Source of the DNA: Octopus vulgaris
Taxonomy: Eukaryota
Length of the DNA stretch: 64,000 bases
Direction: 5' to 3'
Assembly (NCBI GenBank): GCA_951406725.2
Contig: OX597822.1
Span: 49,786,001-49,850,000 of the forward strand
Shown: piece after piece, positions 26,520 to 39,342 of the stretch
How the letters are laid out: every line of letters starts with the position of its first letter
Numbering within the stretch: the first letter of the stretch is position 1
Notes under the pieces: generated by a model
Databases searched by the model: none
The model's input: only the letters and a program-made list of their open reading frames with translations
Told to the model about the DNA's origin: nothing
Translations under genes and position numbers: made by a program

Positions 26520-26934
26520 GGATTTGGCTTGCAAGATTATTTATGTGAGTTCGTTGAGGCATATTCTGTTGTCTTGGGAGAATCATTCTCTTTTAGTGCA
26601 TTTAAAATCTAACACATTGACCGATAACATTTTCACTCATTTCCTGCTTTATGTTCCTAAAATTTCAAAGTTAGGTAATATAGAGGGAAATGAGAGAACG
26701 AATGTAGAAATAAGATATATCAAGATTTTGTAGTTGCAGTTCCATTATTCGAGGAAAATATTGCATAGAAGTTCATATTTAGTAATTTCAAAGCTTGGGG
26801 CCGAGGATTCAGTGTTGCTCTTTCGAAAGGGTTCTGTGTTGTGAATGAAAATTTGAGAACGTATAGGTAGCATTTATGGATAGATGGAGGGAGGAAAGAT
26901 GTGTATCGTTAGAAAGAGGAGATAGGTCAAAGCT

Positions 26935-27007
<73 letters not shown>

Positions 27008-27013
<6 letters not shown>

Positions 27014-27214
27014 GAAAGAATGGAGTTGAACGACGATTTAACAAAATTCCTTTATTCTCGACATATGTTTCAAAGGCTGCATAAACGGCCTGATGAGAAG
27101 GCGGCATAATGCACCCCTTATTCCTTTGAAATTAGGAATATGCAGCCTTCGAAATATATGTCGAGAATAAAGGAATTTTGTTAAATCGTCGTTCAACTCC
27201 ATTCTTTCATTTAT
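27008..27214. repeat. 76-bp inverted repeat enclosing a hammerhead motif (probable inverted PLE pLTR)
   Basis: Arms 27008-27083 and 27139-27214 with 2 mismatches. Confidence 0.92.
27090..27162 (+). ncRNA. Hammerhead ribozyme core, helix I partner missing
   Basis: CUGAUGA-GAAGGC-G-GCAUA..UAUGC-A-GCCUUC-GAAA-UAUAU-GUC. Confidence 0.65.
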
Positions 27215-27535
27215 TTGTATTAAAAAAGAAACCCAAATTTCCACACGAAAGCACGTGATCTCTGCCCTTGGCATGTAGCTTCAACCGTGTTTTTCTGACG
27301 TGAATTTGCTACCCAGGTATCGGCTAACCGAATTATCCACACTAAGATAATCCATTCAACTACTTAAATATATATATATATTGCACAGAAAGAAATATGT
27401 AATAGACGCAAAACCCGAAAATGATGTTTGTCGTTGTATGTTACACATGAAGGGTGAAAATTTTTGATTAATCGAGAAAAGTGAGATAAAAAGATAATTT
27501 TTCTTAGAAATTGAACACATTTATATACTTATTTA

Positions 27536-27752
27536 TACTCTCTTACTCTTTTAATCATTTACTTGTTTCAGTCATTTGACAGTGGCCATCCTGGTGCACC
27601 GCTTTTAGTCAAGCAAATCGAAGCCAGGACTTATTCTTTGTAAGCCTAGTACTTATTCTATCGGCCTCTTTTGCCGAACCGCTAGGTTACGGGGACGTAA
27701 ACACACCAACATCGTTTGTCAAGCGATTTTGGGGGGGACAAACACAGACAAA

Positions 27753-27799
<47 letters not shown>

Positions 27800-27958
27800 G
27801 ACGGGCTTTTTTCAGTTTCCGTCTACCAAATCCACTCACAAGGCTTTGGTCGACCCGAGGCTATAATGGAAGACACTTACCCAAGTTGCCACGCAGTGAG
27901 ACTGAACCCGGAACCATATGGTTCATAAGCAAGTTACCACACAGTCACTCCTACACCT
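27536..27958 (-). mobile_element. Family A SINE, full length
   Basis: Complete tail-to-head match with copies at 3605 and 13828, including the internal (CA)n(TA)n. Confidence 0.92.
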
Positions 27959-28050
27959 AAAATAATCAAATGTCGACTGCAACGTTTTTTTTCTTTCATA
28001 TATCAGTTTACCTATTTAGTCCCCCTAACATATTAAAATTTAGTACTATA

Positions 28051-28286
28051 TTTAAGAGATGTGGAAATATGTACATTATTTACATTATTTACATTTCACG
28101 GATATTTGTCCTCGTTTGTTGTTAACACAACATTTCGGCTGATATAACCTCCATCCTTCACCATGGGTCTTAGGGAAATTTCGAACCAGGGTAGTTTTCG
28201 ATAGTATTGTTATTCAGATCACTGCTTGGAATCGAACTCGGAATATTGGGATTAGTAGCCCGCGCTCTTAACCACTACGCCATATG
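28051..28286 (-). mobile_element. tRNA-headed SINE (family D) with a hammerhead-derived tail
   Basis: A-box TGGCGTAGTGG (28282-28272), B-box GAGTTCGATTCC (28239-28228); 28124-28169 is homologous to the hammerhead at 63567-63603. Confidence 0.8.
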
Positions 28287-29277
28287 TTAATATTGTATAG
28301 CAAATATAGACAGCTGATTCAAAGAGTGATTCACCTCTAGACTAGTCAAAATTGAAATCGTATCTTATGTATGCTCAGAAAACTTTAAATTGCATACTTC
28401 CTATTGCTTTGAACGTATATTAATGTAGCCCACGTTATATAATTAGTTAAAAGAAATTCCATCACAAGCTTTAATATTTCTCCTACAAGGTAACAAACTG
28501 ACACTGGATACACTTTTCACAAACGGTATATGGTTGTCATAAAGATTTTAGAGAAAAATACAAGAGTTAGCTTTATCAATGAGATCTATGATTCATAATT
28601 TTTAGTTCATGCCATTCTACGCTCTTTTGTATATCTAGAATGATGGGATATAGAATCTTGTGAAACATCGAACGAGCACAATAAAATTAAAGTATGTGGC
28701 GGTATATGTCTGCTTGATTTAATATACACACTTAAAGTCATCGAAGAGCATCAGTAGAAGATAGCTACGTGAATTCAAGCTGGCGGGAAGGATCTATTAT
28801 TCCGGATTGCTTTACATTAATGCTTATAATACGGATGAAAAACACATGGGTATTGTTATTCGAATTGTTTTCATTCATACAATTCAGTATTACTAAGTAT
28901 ATTTTTCCCCGTTGAAGTCGTAGCCACAAATTTGAGATGTGATCGTAAACAGATTCCCTTGGTCTGTCATATTTGGCACTCTACCAGTCATCTGAGCTTC
29001 AATAAACAAAACAACACAGATATAATATATCAAATGTTAAATGAAAGTCTTGAAAGCGGGCATGCTGTACGATTGCCAGTTGTGACTGGGCTGATCTTTA
29101 TCAGCCCAATCAATACTCAATAGAATGTGTTCTATTTAATGAGCTGGTGTGTTGTTGAAAAATGGTGGCATATAAATGTCTGTTAAACTCAATTCAGGCC
29201 ATTGTCGATCCTTTATAATTTTTAGTCAGCAGTATCAGCAGCAGGATTAGGATTGAGTTGGTGGAGCAATTATTATT

Positions 29278-29838
29278 ATTAAGATAGCAGTGAATGCCAT
29301 GAAAGTGTCACCGGGGTAAAATATACGAAGCCCAGTATACCCATCATGATTACCCGTCTGATAAGGGAGTACCAGGCACATGCATCACAACCATATGTGC
29401 ACGACATGGTGATCTCATATCAAGATAAACCGCGCATGATCATCCAGGTGGGGCCCAGATATCCCACCTCGTTCGTTCAGGCCGATTAGCCCACCCCGTT
29501 CACAAGGTCGCTGAATAAGGGTTGTTTAAGGATGTTGAGCGAAACAGCCTTGTTTCTAAAGGTGAATTATCCAAATCCTAAAGAATTCCTCTCAACATAT
29601 GGCTATGATGCTCCCCGACAACTTCAACTACTGATCAGAGACGCACATATCGTCAGCCACTAAAGACGTGCTCAACTGGTTAAGGTCAAGCAAGTGATAA
29701 GCAAATCTGTGGTATTGAGCAGAATATTTGTTGTACCGCATCTTTTATACCAACAAAAAACAATGTACATGATAACATTCTCAATCAGTTTAGATGAGAA
29801 GCCATGAAAGCCACTGCCTCATGATGCATAAGGGCATT
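29278..29838 (-). mobile_element. Family E element, apparently full length, in (TTA)n
   Basis: Has both termini; TTA tracts on both sides. Confidence 0.88.
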
Positions 29839-29844
29839 TGTTTA

Positions 29845-29902
<58 letters not shown>

Positions 29903-29959
29903 CATTATTATTGTTGTTATTATTAGACTCTTGTGGCTAATAAAAGAATAAATTAGACA

Positions 29960-30600
29960 ATAAAAAGAGCACGATTCACTTTGTAATAGAGTACTTAGCG
30001 ATTTGAACGATACATCACTGCAACCGTGTTTGACATAATGGTGTAGAACTCTATTTGCATGTTTCTAGTAAGTTGGTTGTACCGCAGAATAATTAAACTA
30101 CAAATTCAATGGGTACAGGTATGCGTCAGACACAATACCAGTAGTTCGACAGAACTTACCAAATATTTTATATCAAACGGCTGCACTTTTGAGGAGCACC
30201 TGAAAGAGCACATTCTCGGAAAATACTCTGGATCTACCACATTTTTAGTCCTCAAAATGCAGAAAGACAAATGTATTTGTGAGTTATTAACATCTCGCCC
30301 TGGAGGAATGAATAAAGTGACAGGTGAATTTCATCATATTTGCACAAAATTGTTCCACTAAGTATCCTTTTTTTCCATTTTTCTCTTTTCTTTCTTTTTT
30401 CCTTTTGAAAACTGATGATGTCATTCTACACAGGATTTCCTCGACTATAATTTGAATTATTTTTTATTTCTGCAATTGTTTTACATTTTACACTTTGAAC
30501 TGAAGATGATAGACGATCTGTTGAAATATTGTTTACACCGTTAAGTAAACAATCTATTACAAATGGCATCACGCGCTTCTTATTGTCTATTTACCTTTGT
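29960..30600 (+). mobile_element. Penelope-like (Neptune-type) GIY-YIG 3' fragment and pLTR
   Basis: STELTKYFISNGCTFEEHL..IL..KCICELLTSRPGGMNK resembles the PLE WI..L.T..P.G.N terminus; hammerhead-like motif at 30500-30534. Confidence 0.75.
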
Positions 30601-30634
30601 GAAGAGTTACGTCAATCTTTATAAAATATTATTA

Positions 30635-31030
30635 TTCAGTGAAAAAAACAGCACCTGCTATCTAGGTGACACTGGGGTAAAAATATATGAAGCCCTGTAT
30701 ACCCATCAGGACTACCCGTCTTTTAAGGGTACCACAGGTACATTCATCACAATAAAATGTGCACAACATAAACAGCGCATGATTTTGCAGGTGCGCTCCA
30801 GTTAGATTTGTTTTCAGGTTCAACAGCCTATCACTCTCAAAAGTCCCGGAATAAAATTTGCCTAAATATGATTAACGTAACAACTGTGTTTCCACAGGTG
30901 AATTATTCAAACCGCAAAGACTTCCACTCAACACATGGTTATGATGCACCCCCATTAGTTGTACTCACAATGAGAGATGCGCCTATCCTCAGCCACTAAG
31001 GAACATTCTGAACTGGTTACGGTCAAGCAA
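30635..31030 (-). mobile_element. Family E element, 5'-truncated, in (TTA)n
   Basis: Aligns with copy 29278 but stops at GGTCAAGCAA directly against (TTA)n. Confidence 0.85.
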
Positions 31031-31139
31031 TTATTATTATTATTATTTAACTTATATTTTATCGCGAGAATTTGCTCTTGACAACGCTTTCATTCTGGAT
31101 AACCTCTTGTAAATTTTATTCAAAATAGCGGTGAATGTT

Positions 31140-31337
31140 TAAAGCAGTGAGTTGGTAGAATCTTTAACACGCAGGGCAAAATGATCAGCAGCATTCCTAG
31201 TTTAAATTACGCCTAGGCAGATTTTGCCCTTCGTAATCTTACGTGTTCAATAAAATAAGTACCAGTTGAGCACTGGGGTCAATGTAATCGACTTACCCCC
31301 TATCGGAATTGCAGTCCTTCTGCTAAAATTTGAAATC
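31140..31337 (+). mobile_element. Diverged family B SINE
   Basis: AAATAAGTACCAGTTGAGCACTGGGGTCAATGTAATCGACTT..AAAATTTGAAA. Confidence 0.8.
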
Positions 31338-31343
31338 ATAATG

Positions 31344-31418
<75 letters not shown>

Positions 31419-31421
<3 letters not shown>

Positions 31422-31806
31422 TAGCTTTATTTTTATAGCATGCTTTCACTTCAATACCGAGCGCAGCTCTGTGTGCCTTGGGTATGTGCTGTGATTTGTT
31501 GTGATGCTCTGATGGTTATTGTATGGAAAGTGTTCCGCGTAGGATGTGTGCAGTGCCTAGTATTGCAATTTTCTGCATGTTATATGTGTTTGTAAGTCCT
31601 GGTGTTTTTGTTATGCATTTGTCTGAATATTTTTTTATCATGCCTAATGCACCTACTATGATAGGAATTGTTTCTGTTTTCAGATTCCACATTCTAGTTA
31701 CCTCTATTTCCAGGTCTTTGTATTTTGAGAGTTTCTCCATTTCTTTTAGAGACACGTTGTCATCAGCCGGTATTGATACATCAATTAGAAAGCATTTTTT
31801 TTCTTC
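31419..31806 (-). mobile_element. 5'-truncated Dong/R4-clade non-LTR element (RLE endonuclease end and 3'UTR) in (TAA)n
   Basis: Intact frame CFLIDVSIPADDNV..EKLSKYKDLEIEVTRMW..IPIIVGALG..GTAHILR; long TTA tracts on both sides. Confidence 0.9.
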
Positions 31807-31830
31807 ATTATTTTTCTTCTTCTTCTTCTT

Positions 31831-32197
<367 letters not shown>

Positions 32198-32274
32198 ATG
32201 ATCATCATCATCATTATTATTACTATCATTGTTATTATCATCATCATCATCATCATCATCATAATTATTATTAC

Positions 32275-32337
<63 letters not shown>

Positions 32338-32433
32338 ACCTATTATTCTATTATTTTACCGTAGGTTTTTCTCTTGACAACGCTTTCATTGTGGATTACA
32401 TCTTGTAAATGTTCGCAATATTGGCAAATGATT

Positions 32434-32640
32434 AAGGCGACGACCTGCCAAAATCGTTAACACACCGACAAAACTGCTTTTCATCCGGCTTCACATTCTC
32501 AGTTCAAATTCTGCAGTGGTGAGCTTTATCTTCCGTCCTTTCGGAGGATATCATAAAATAAGTACCTGTTGCACACTGGTGTCAATATAATCGACTGACA
32601 CTTCCCCCGGGATTGCCAGCCTTCTGCTAGAATTTGAAAC
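32434..32640 (+). mobile_element. Diverged family B SINE
   Basis: AAGGCGACGACCTGCCAAAATCGTTAAC, AGTTCAAATTC, AAATAAGTACC..TAATCGACT. Confidence 0.8.
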
Positions 32641-32737
32641 AAAATTCTGTGTCAGTTCATCCCAATTTATTCCAAAAATGACTGGCGCATACTTTTTAAT
32701 AACTTTCTCTCGACATAAGGTGAGAAAATACATTTTT

Positions 32738-32848
32738 GAATATGTTTTTATATGTTTTTATTAAATATGTTTTTATATGTTTTTATTGTTTTATATGTTT
32801 TTATTTGAATATGTTTTTATATGTTTTTATTGAATATGTTTTTATTGA
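32738..32848. repeat. AT-rich minisatellite based on ATATGTTTTT
   Basis: Directly visible tandem units. Confidence 0.9.
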
Positions 32849-33843
32849 CTGACGTACAAAACAACAAAAAAATGACAACCACACAGAAAAAAAAGAAAGC
32901 TAAGAAAATATACAACAAAGCAAATAAATACTTTGAAGAAGAAATGTTGCTGTTTCTGTTTTCCTTCAATAGAATTTAAAATTGTTAATGAGTCATTTTC
33001 TCTAATAAAAACCGCACCAACGTAACTACGCACAGTTTGTATCTAGATGAGAAAATTTATATTTAAACCAAGGGTGCTTGAGAAATGTGTTTACGAAGGT
33101 ATGTCAGAAAGGATGCAATCGCTCTACTCGTCGAATTTTTCCATGGACTGTTAAGAGACAACTGAGTATACTTCTGTGTCACTTAGTCTGTGGGGGTCTT
33201 TCTATGTCCTTTTAGGACGGCTTAAAGGAGTTTTAGACCGCCGTTTGTAATCTTGGATAATGCAGGGTGTACACCAGAATTTGCCAGCTTATTTGGAACC
33301 GAGAGCGAAACGAAACGGCAAGCTGTGACAGGGAAATATATATACTTCCTCATAGGTTTGAGCCCTCATTACATCATGGAGCAAAATTAAAATGCTTATT
33401 GTGCAAAGGCGAAAGGTTTCTATGTGTATAATAGTAATGACTACCATTGATTGACAAGTCCTAATAACTTCAAAATGACACAGGTGTATCTCAGAGATGC
33501 AATTTATGGTGAATGCAAAAGGGGTGCACGGAAATTTGCAGTCCTTTTACCCCAACGAATTGGAAGAACAAAGTGAGAGGGAGAGAGAAAGCTGCAAACA
33601 CTAGCAAAACACCACGAACATATTTCCCAAGTGTAGTTTCCATAGAAACATCAGTCGAAGCTCTTGAAATGGTGCGCAAAACTGTTGTGTTCCCCCATTA
33701 TGAAGTGGCTAATACTGAAGTCAGCGCAGCCAAAGAATGGTTGGGGAGTGTGCAACGTAACAAGTCGTATGTGTGTATGCACATTCCACTAATTATGTTT
33801 ACGTGTGTGCGTATGCTGGTAAACCAATCTCTTTTTTAAAAGA

Positions 33844-33883
33844 TTAATTATATAATCAAATATATATTTGATTATATAATTAA
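33844..33883. repeat. Perfect 40-bp palindrome
   Basis: TTAATTATATAATCAAATAT|ATATTTGATTATATAATTAA. Confidence 0.95.
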
Positions 33884-33899
33884 GCTTCATTCATTGCCC

Positions 33900-34412
33900 T
33901 CTAATCATTAATTTACAATAAAAAATTTCTCCTGACCCACTTCCTAAGGATTAGGATAAATGAATCTTCGCAGAATTATTAGTTCTTCTTTACATAGACA
34001 CCACCAACGGTAACACACTCCTCCCATCGCTATATGTGGCTGTGAAGACCTCGTTTGTAGAAGTCGGTAGGTTGCATCTGGAGCCAAGAGTTTACATCGG
34101 AAATAAGTTCATCATCATCCGAAAAGTGCCTCTCTTTAAAAAATAATTCATGATTGGAAAGAAGGGAAACTTAGGTGGTGCAAGGGCGGGAGAGCCACGA
34201 GGTTGAAGAAGGGTTTCATAACCGCAGGAGTGTACTTTCATCTCAACAGCATACGTATTGTGAGCTAAAGCGTTGTCTTGGAGGTGCCAGAAGCTTTTGG
34301 TCAGCATGCCACGCCACTCTGGTTTGATGGCATCCCGCAATTTATGCTACAGAGATGCATAATATTGGTGCCCTTTGCCAGAATGTCCATCATCACTACT
34401 CCACACTGGTCT
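33900..34412 (-). mobile_element. Decayed mariner transposase, 3' half
   Basis: LRDAIK..RGMLTK..LQDNALAH..QPRGSPALAPP (DNA..H and degenerate YSPDLAP motifs). Confidence 0.85.
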
Positions 34413-34416
34413 CAAA

Positions 34417-34916
34417 AGTATACCCATCATGACTACCCGTCCGATAAGGGTACACCAGGCACATGCATCACAACCATATGTACGCGACATGGTGATCTCA
34501 TATCAAGATAAACAGCGTATGACCTTGCAGGTGGGGCCCAGTTAGAATTTTCTTCTGATCGAGTAACCCATCCCGCTCAAATGGTCCCTGAATAAAGATT
34601 GTTTAAAGATGTTGAATGAAACAGCCTTGTTTTCAAAGGTGAATTATTCAAACCCCAAAGAATCCCTCTCAACACATGGCTATGATGTTCCCCCACTACT
34701 TCAGCTCGTGATCAGATATGCACATATCGTCAGTCACTAAGGGACATGCTCAAATAGTTAAGGTCAAGCGACTGACAAGCAAATCTGTGGTACTGAGCAG
34801 AATATTTGTTGTAGCCCATCTTTTATACCAAGATAAAACAATATACATGATGACGCTTCCAATAAGTTAAGATCAGAAGTCATGAGAGCCACTGCCTGGT
34901 ATTGCATTAAGGCATT
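34417..34916 (-). mobile_element. Family E element, copy abutting (TTA)n(TAG)n
   Basis: Aligns with 29278-29838. Confidence 0.88.
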
Positions 34917-34935
34917 TATTTTATTATTATTATTA

Positions 34936-35034
<99 letters not shown>

Positions 35035-36218
35035 AAGCAATAATAGAAGCTTCAGCAGTGATACTGATGGGATTATTGGAAGAATTAATAATAGAAATTG
35101 AAGAAATGATATCAGCGATGCTTTAAATGGTTTTGCAGAACTCGAAATGTAATATGATATCCTTGATTCAACATATCTTGGATCCAGTTTTAATTAATCC
35201 TTGTTAAACCCTCTTGTGTTATGCTGTAAATTGGTCTTGCAAAAATTATGAATATAAAATCATTTTCTTTATCCCACCTTATGTGATTTAACAATACAGC
35301 TGTGTTTCTCATTCAGTTATTCAATCAATTACCTTGGTTCAACAAACAATAAATGTGTGAAAAGGCTAGAATATCGATGTTATGGCTCGAGCTTTATGTG
35401 GGTAATTGAACGAATCTTATTCAAGAAAACTCTTTGAGCTAAAGTCGTTGAATATATTGTGATATTGGTAGCCAGGCTTTGAAGCATGTGAGGTGTGCAA
35501 TAGCTTCTATCAGATTTTAATGGTTGCATATAATTAACGCCAGTTTGTGGACTATTTTCCCTCAGAGAATTCTTAGTATGTGAACGGGCAGTTCTATTAG
35601 TTATACATAATCGTCTTTGTAAAAAGAGTTGAACATATTTCATACAACCTTATATGAGAAAGAAATCGAGTATTAATTGCAGATGCTTCAATCTTGGTAA
35701 AGCGTACGTGAAGTGTTGTATATAATAGATGTTCTACGAATCGGAAGTCGTTCTGACAATGTAACGATTTGCAGTGGGTGTGGTTCTCTATTCTATTATG
35801 TGTGATATGATTTTCCTGCATTAAACGTTTCGTAGATTAATGCAAATATAAATCGTGTGTTCGACATTTAATATCATTTCATTTTCCAGTGAAGTTCGAG
35901 ATATTTAGCCCATTTAAATTTAAAGATAAGATTTCTGGAAAAATTATATGCAATCCTGTTGTGTCTGGGTAGAGTCATTTTTTGTGTGATTTATAATTTA
36001 ACACACACATTGGTAAAATTTCCACTTATTATTTTTATTTTCTTAAAATACATCTACAAACACACGCTAACACACATACAGATACATGGAAAATACACAA
36101 ACACGGACATGCAAGCACATGAATATGCAGAATACATACATACAGATGCATACACATACATACGTATAAACATATGCACACACACACATGTATACATACA
36201 CATGCATACATACATACA

Positions 36219-36252
<34 letters not shown>

Positions 36253-36599
36253 CATACATAGATACACACATACATACATACGTGCATGCATGCATAGGCA
36301 CGCACATACACACTGGCCTACACATATGCGCACAAACAAACAAAAATAACGCAGTATAAATAACGGACAGAGTCAAGACTATTGAAAAGGTTGCAAGACG
36401 AAACGAAAATTTAAGGAAAATAAAAATAAGAAATACGTGGAAATTGTACTGGTGAGTGTGTTACATTATAAGGCACAAAAATAAAATGACTCTCCCCAGA
36501 CACAACAGAATGTGCTTCAACACACGAACTCATATAAAGAATCTTGCAAACTAAATCCAAAAACGAAATATTAGCAATCCTTTGTTCGGAAAAAAATAT

Positions 36600-37580
36600 G
36601 GAATACAATGTTCACACAAAATATTCGCACGGTTTAAGCAAACACACACAGACACGTTTGAAGAACTATACACTTTCATGAAGAATACAAAAACCAGGAA
36701 ATTTCTTATTTGGCACAACCAGCACCAGAAGAAATTAAAATAAGTACTAGAGGAACTTTCTTGGTACTAGCAGATAATACTGCTAACGTATATAATGTAG
36801 ATACCACACTTTATACAAATCTTAACATGAAAGAATGAAACAGTAAATATAATCTTACACCTAGCGAAATATTAAACAAACGGAATCGTAAACCGTGTGT
36901 CTAATAGAATATTAAAACATTCTGCGAACGATGTAATATTCAACTCGTTCGTCAACTATTATAAAAAAATCAGCATTTGCTGGTTGTGGATCTACTGAAA
37001 AAATATATATTCCTAAGAAGAGTGTCGTTATATAAAAATAGATATAACAATGGAAATAAAAACATCAAAATAAAAGAGAATGCCAGTAGTAGTGCTGACC
37101 CTACAGAAAAGATAAGTTCAAATTGGTATTCATATAGTAGACTAAACGATATGGCAAATAAAATTAAGGAAGCGTTTAAAGCAAAAAGAAAAAAGGAAAG
37201 AAAATTAACTGGATTTTCTATTGTTATGACTTTATCATGAAATGTAACTGTTACATTAAATTGAAGAAAAAGTCTTATAATTGTAGTGTAGTTTGGTATA
37301 AACCTGAATTTGGATGACATGCATGAACAAAAATTGGTCGGGAATAGACATTGTCCTCAATCTAGTAGAAATTATGCAGTTTTTAACAGACATATGATGA
37401 AGCTGCCTTAAGTAACATCGCATGAATCTCAAAAATCATATTCATAAACTTAATAACAGGAAGCTGAAACAAGCAATTTCAAGTATCAACAAATAGGGTG
37501 GGTGCTAACATGTGTCGTACAAATAAACATAGAAATAATAGTGGAAGAAATAATCAAAATTATTTCAACGTACGAATATC
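36600..37580 (+). mobile_element. Very decayed Penelope-like 3' region with a degenerate hammerhead
   Basis: RKFLIWHN resembles the PLE linker RKIIWFN; ATGATGA-AGCTGCC..GGAAGCT-GAAAC at 37394-37470. Confidence 0.45.
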
Positions 37581-38569
37581 GACGTTGGCATATATAACCT
37601 AAATAACAATGAGAATGCTGTAAATTTAAATATTGGGGATTACAAAGTGACGATAATGAATGTAACAACAACAACAATAATTATGCCAATACAACTAAGA
37701 AGAAGAGTAACAACAGAAATAACCAATTTGAAAGATAGTATATTAAAAAATATATAGTTGTAGAGACAGGACCATATGTCCCATAGAAAACGAGTGTCTC
37801 TGTAAAAACATTATATACAAATATACTGTCAGAACAAGTACAAATATAAAACATATATTAGTGTAAGATGTGACCATTTCAAACATCTGCCAAAATAAAA
37901 AATACTGCCTGTCCCTCAAAGAAAGAAAGATACAGTACGAGGTTTTATCAATAAATATCTGGACAGTTGCTATAGTAACGTAACTAAAGCACGCAAAGTA
38001 AAGCGATGTTTTATAACAAAGTGTATTTGAATGGCTCGTGTTGTAATACTTATGGGAAACCACAAGGCACTAATCTTACAGCATATATTCAAAGTATTCT
38101 TAATATTTCTGTAAATTTCGAAAAAATATTATATAGAACTTTTTGGCACAGGATTTGCTCATGTTGAACTTTATCCAGTTACACTTCTAAAGCCTCTATC
38201 ATTATTGAACTTTAAGAGAATTGTTCTTATTTACTATGCTACTTCTTACATTTTCTCTGCCTTTCTTCCTTGCATACTGTTTACATTGTTTTTTTAGACA
38301 TTCTCTCCCCACTCTTTACTACCTGTCTTTCTGATCTACTCTCATGTTTCCTGTCATCTAATTTCTACATCGACAAAAGTCACGTCTCTACTCATTCATT
38401 CGCACGTGCATTCTCTTAGCTCGTTCTCTAAGCCAGTAACATGATAATATCCGTTATTACATATATCCATTATTTACCGTGACCGGCTATCCATTATTTA
38501 CCGTTACATTTTGTTGTTGTTGTCAACCATATATTACGTCTTATTTTTGTTATGGCCATCACCCCAATG

Positions 38570-39230
38570 ATGTTTTACATTCAGTGACAAATGAAAACAT
38601 TCCATGGGATTAGATTTCGTGATTTAAACGCACCAAAGCTATACTGATCCTAATCTTCATGTCGGATGTGAAGAATTACATGTCTGTCCTCCCTTAATTG
38701 TTTTTACGTCACCTTCCTCTAATTTCCTTTCACACACACACACGTGGTAACCTTTAAATTAGTAATTAGCTACAGGGTGTTAAAACATAGAACTAGTTTT
38801 ATACTCTACTCAACTATATGTTGTTGGAGGAGACTTCAGCATATTCAAGCTTTTTGTAAAACTTCAGCATCATTAGTCCAATAGCGCAGTTTTGTTCATG
38901 TATAATCAATGATGGATCAGGGTGCCGTTCTTTATATATTGCGGAATCAATGTTTGCTGCCATTATTTTGTTTTCGCCTTTTTCATCAGCATGGTAGGAA
39001 GGAATTCCAACTACGTTTTGTGGTTCGCCACCTCAACAGCTCCTTTATAGGATTCAGTGGCTAAAGACATCATCAGGAGGAACCACGTCCGGTTCCGCCT
39101 CAACCCTTCTACCGTTTTCGACGTGGCACCCCCGCTTTCGGAGGTGTTTTCAGCTTTGGTGTTGAGTGCATTTTCCCTTTCTCTTTTTTCTTTCGTTCTT
39201 TGGTTTCTTCGATGCAGCATCAAAGAATGT
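38570..39230 (-). pseudogene. Possible decayed retroelement ORF1/gag
   Basis: Basic N-terminus MLHRRNQRTKEKRER and an NPMECFH(C) zinc-knuckle-like relic near 38581-38610; many stops. Confidence 0.35.
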
Positions 39231-39259
39231 CAATGGCGAATGACCATCAAGCCAAATTT

Positions 39260-39342
39260 CCCTTTAAATGCTCATTGGTAGGCTGTAGCACCCGGCAAAA
39301 GCTAACTGTCACGTGACAGTATCTAAGCTTCAACTGACCAAT
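39260..39342. promoter_or_regulatory. Promoter-like module: CCAAT, palindromic E-box, CCAAT
   Basis: ATTGG 39274-39278, ACTGTCACGTGACAGT 39305-39320, CCAAT 39338-39342, in a CpG-retaining segment. Confidence 0.5.

Noticed and set aside
28215-28286. Functional tRNA gene
   Set aside because: A and B boxes are present but the acceptor stem does not close, and the sequence runs into a repeat body; it is a SINE head.
32738-32848. CRISPR-like array
   Set aside because: No unique spacers; low-complexity minisatellite in a eukaryotic context.
34855-34910. U2 snRNA similarity in the family E end (ATCAGTT.A.ATC, CCTGGTATTGCA)
   Set aside because: Only two short patches match, spacing is wrong, and there is no branch-pairing or Sm site; not supportable without a search.
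35150-35700. Further Penelope RT relic on the minus strand (SSLFT-like motif)
   Set aside because: Too degenerate to call by eye.
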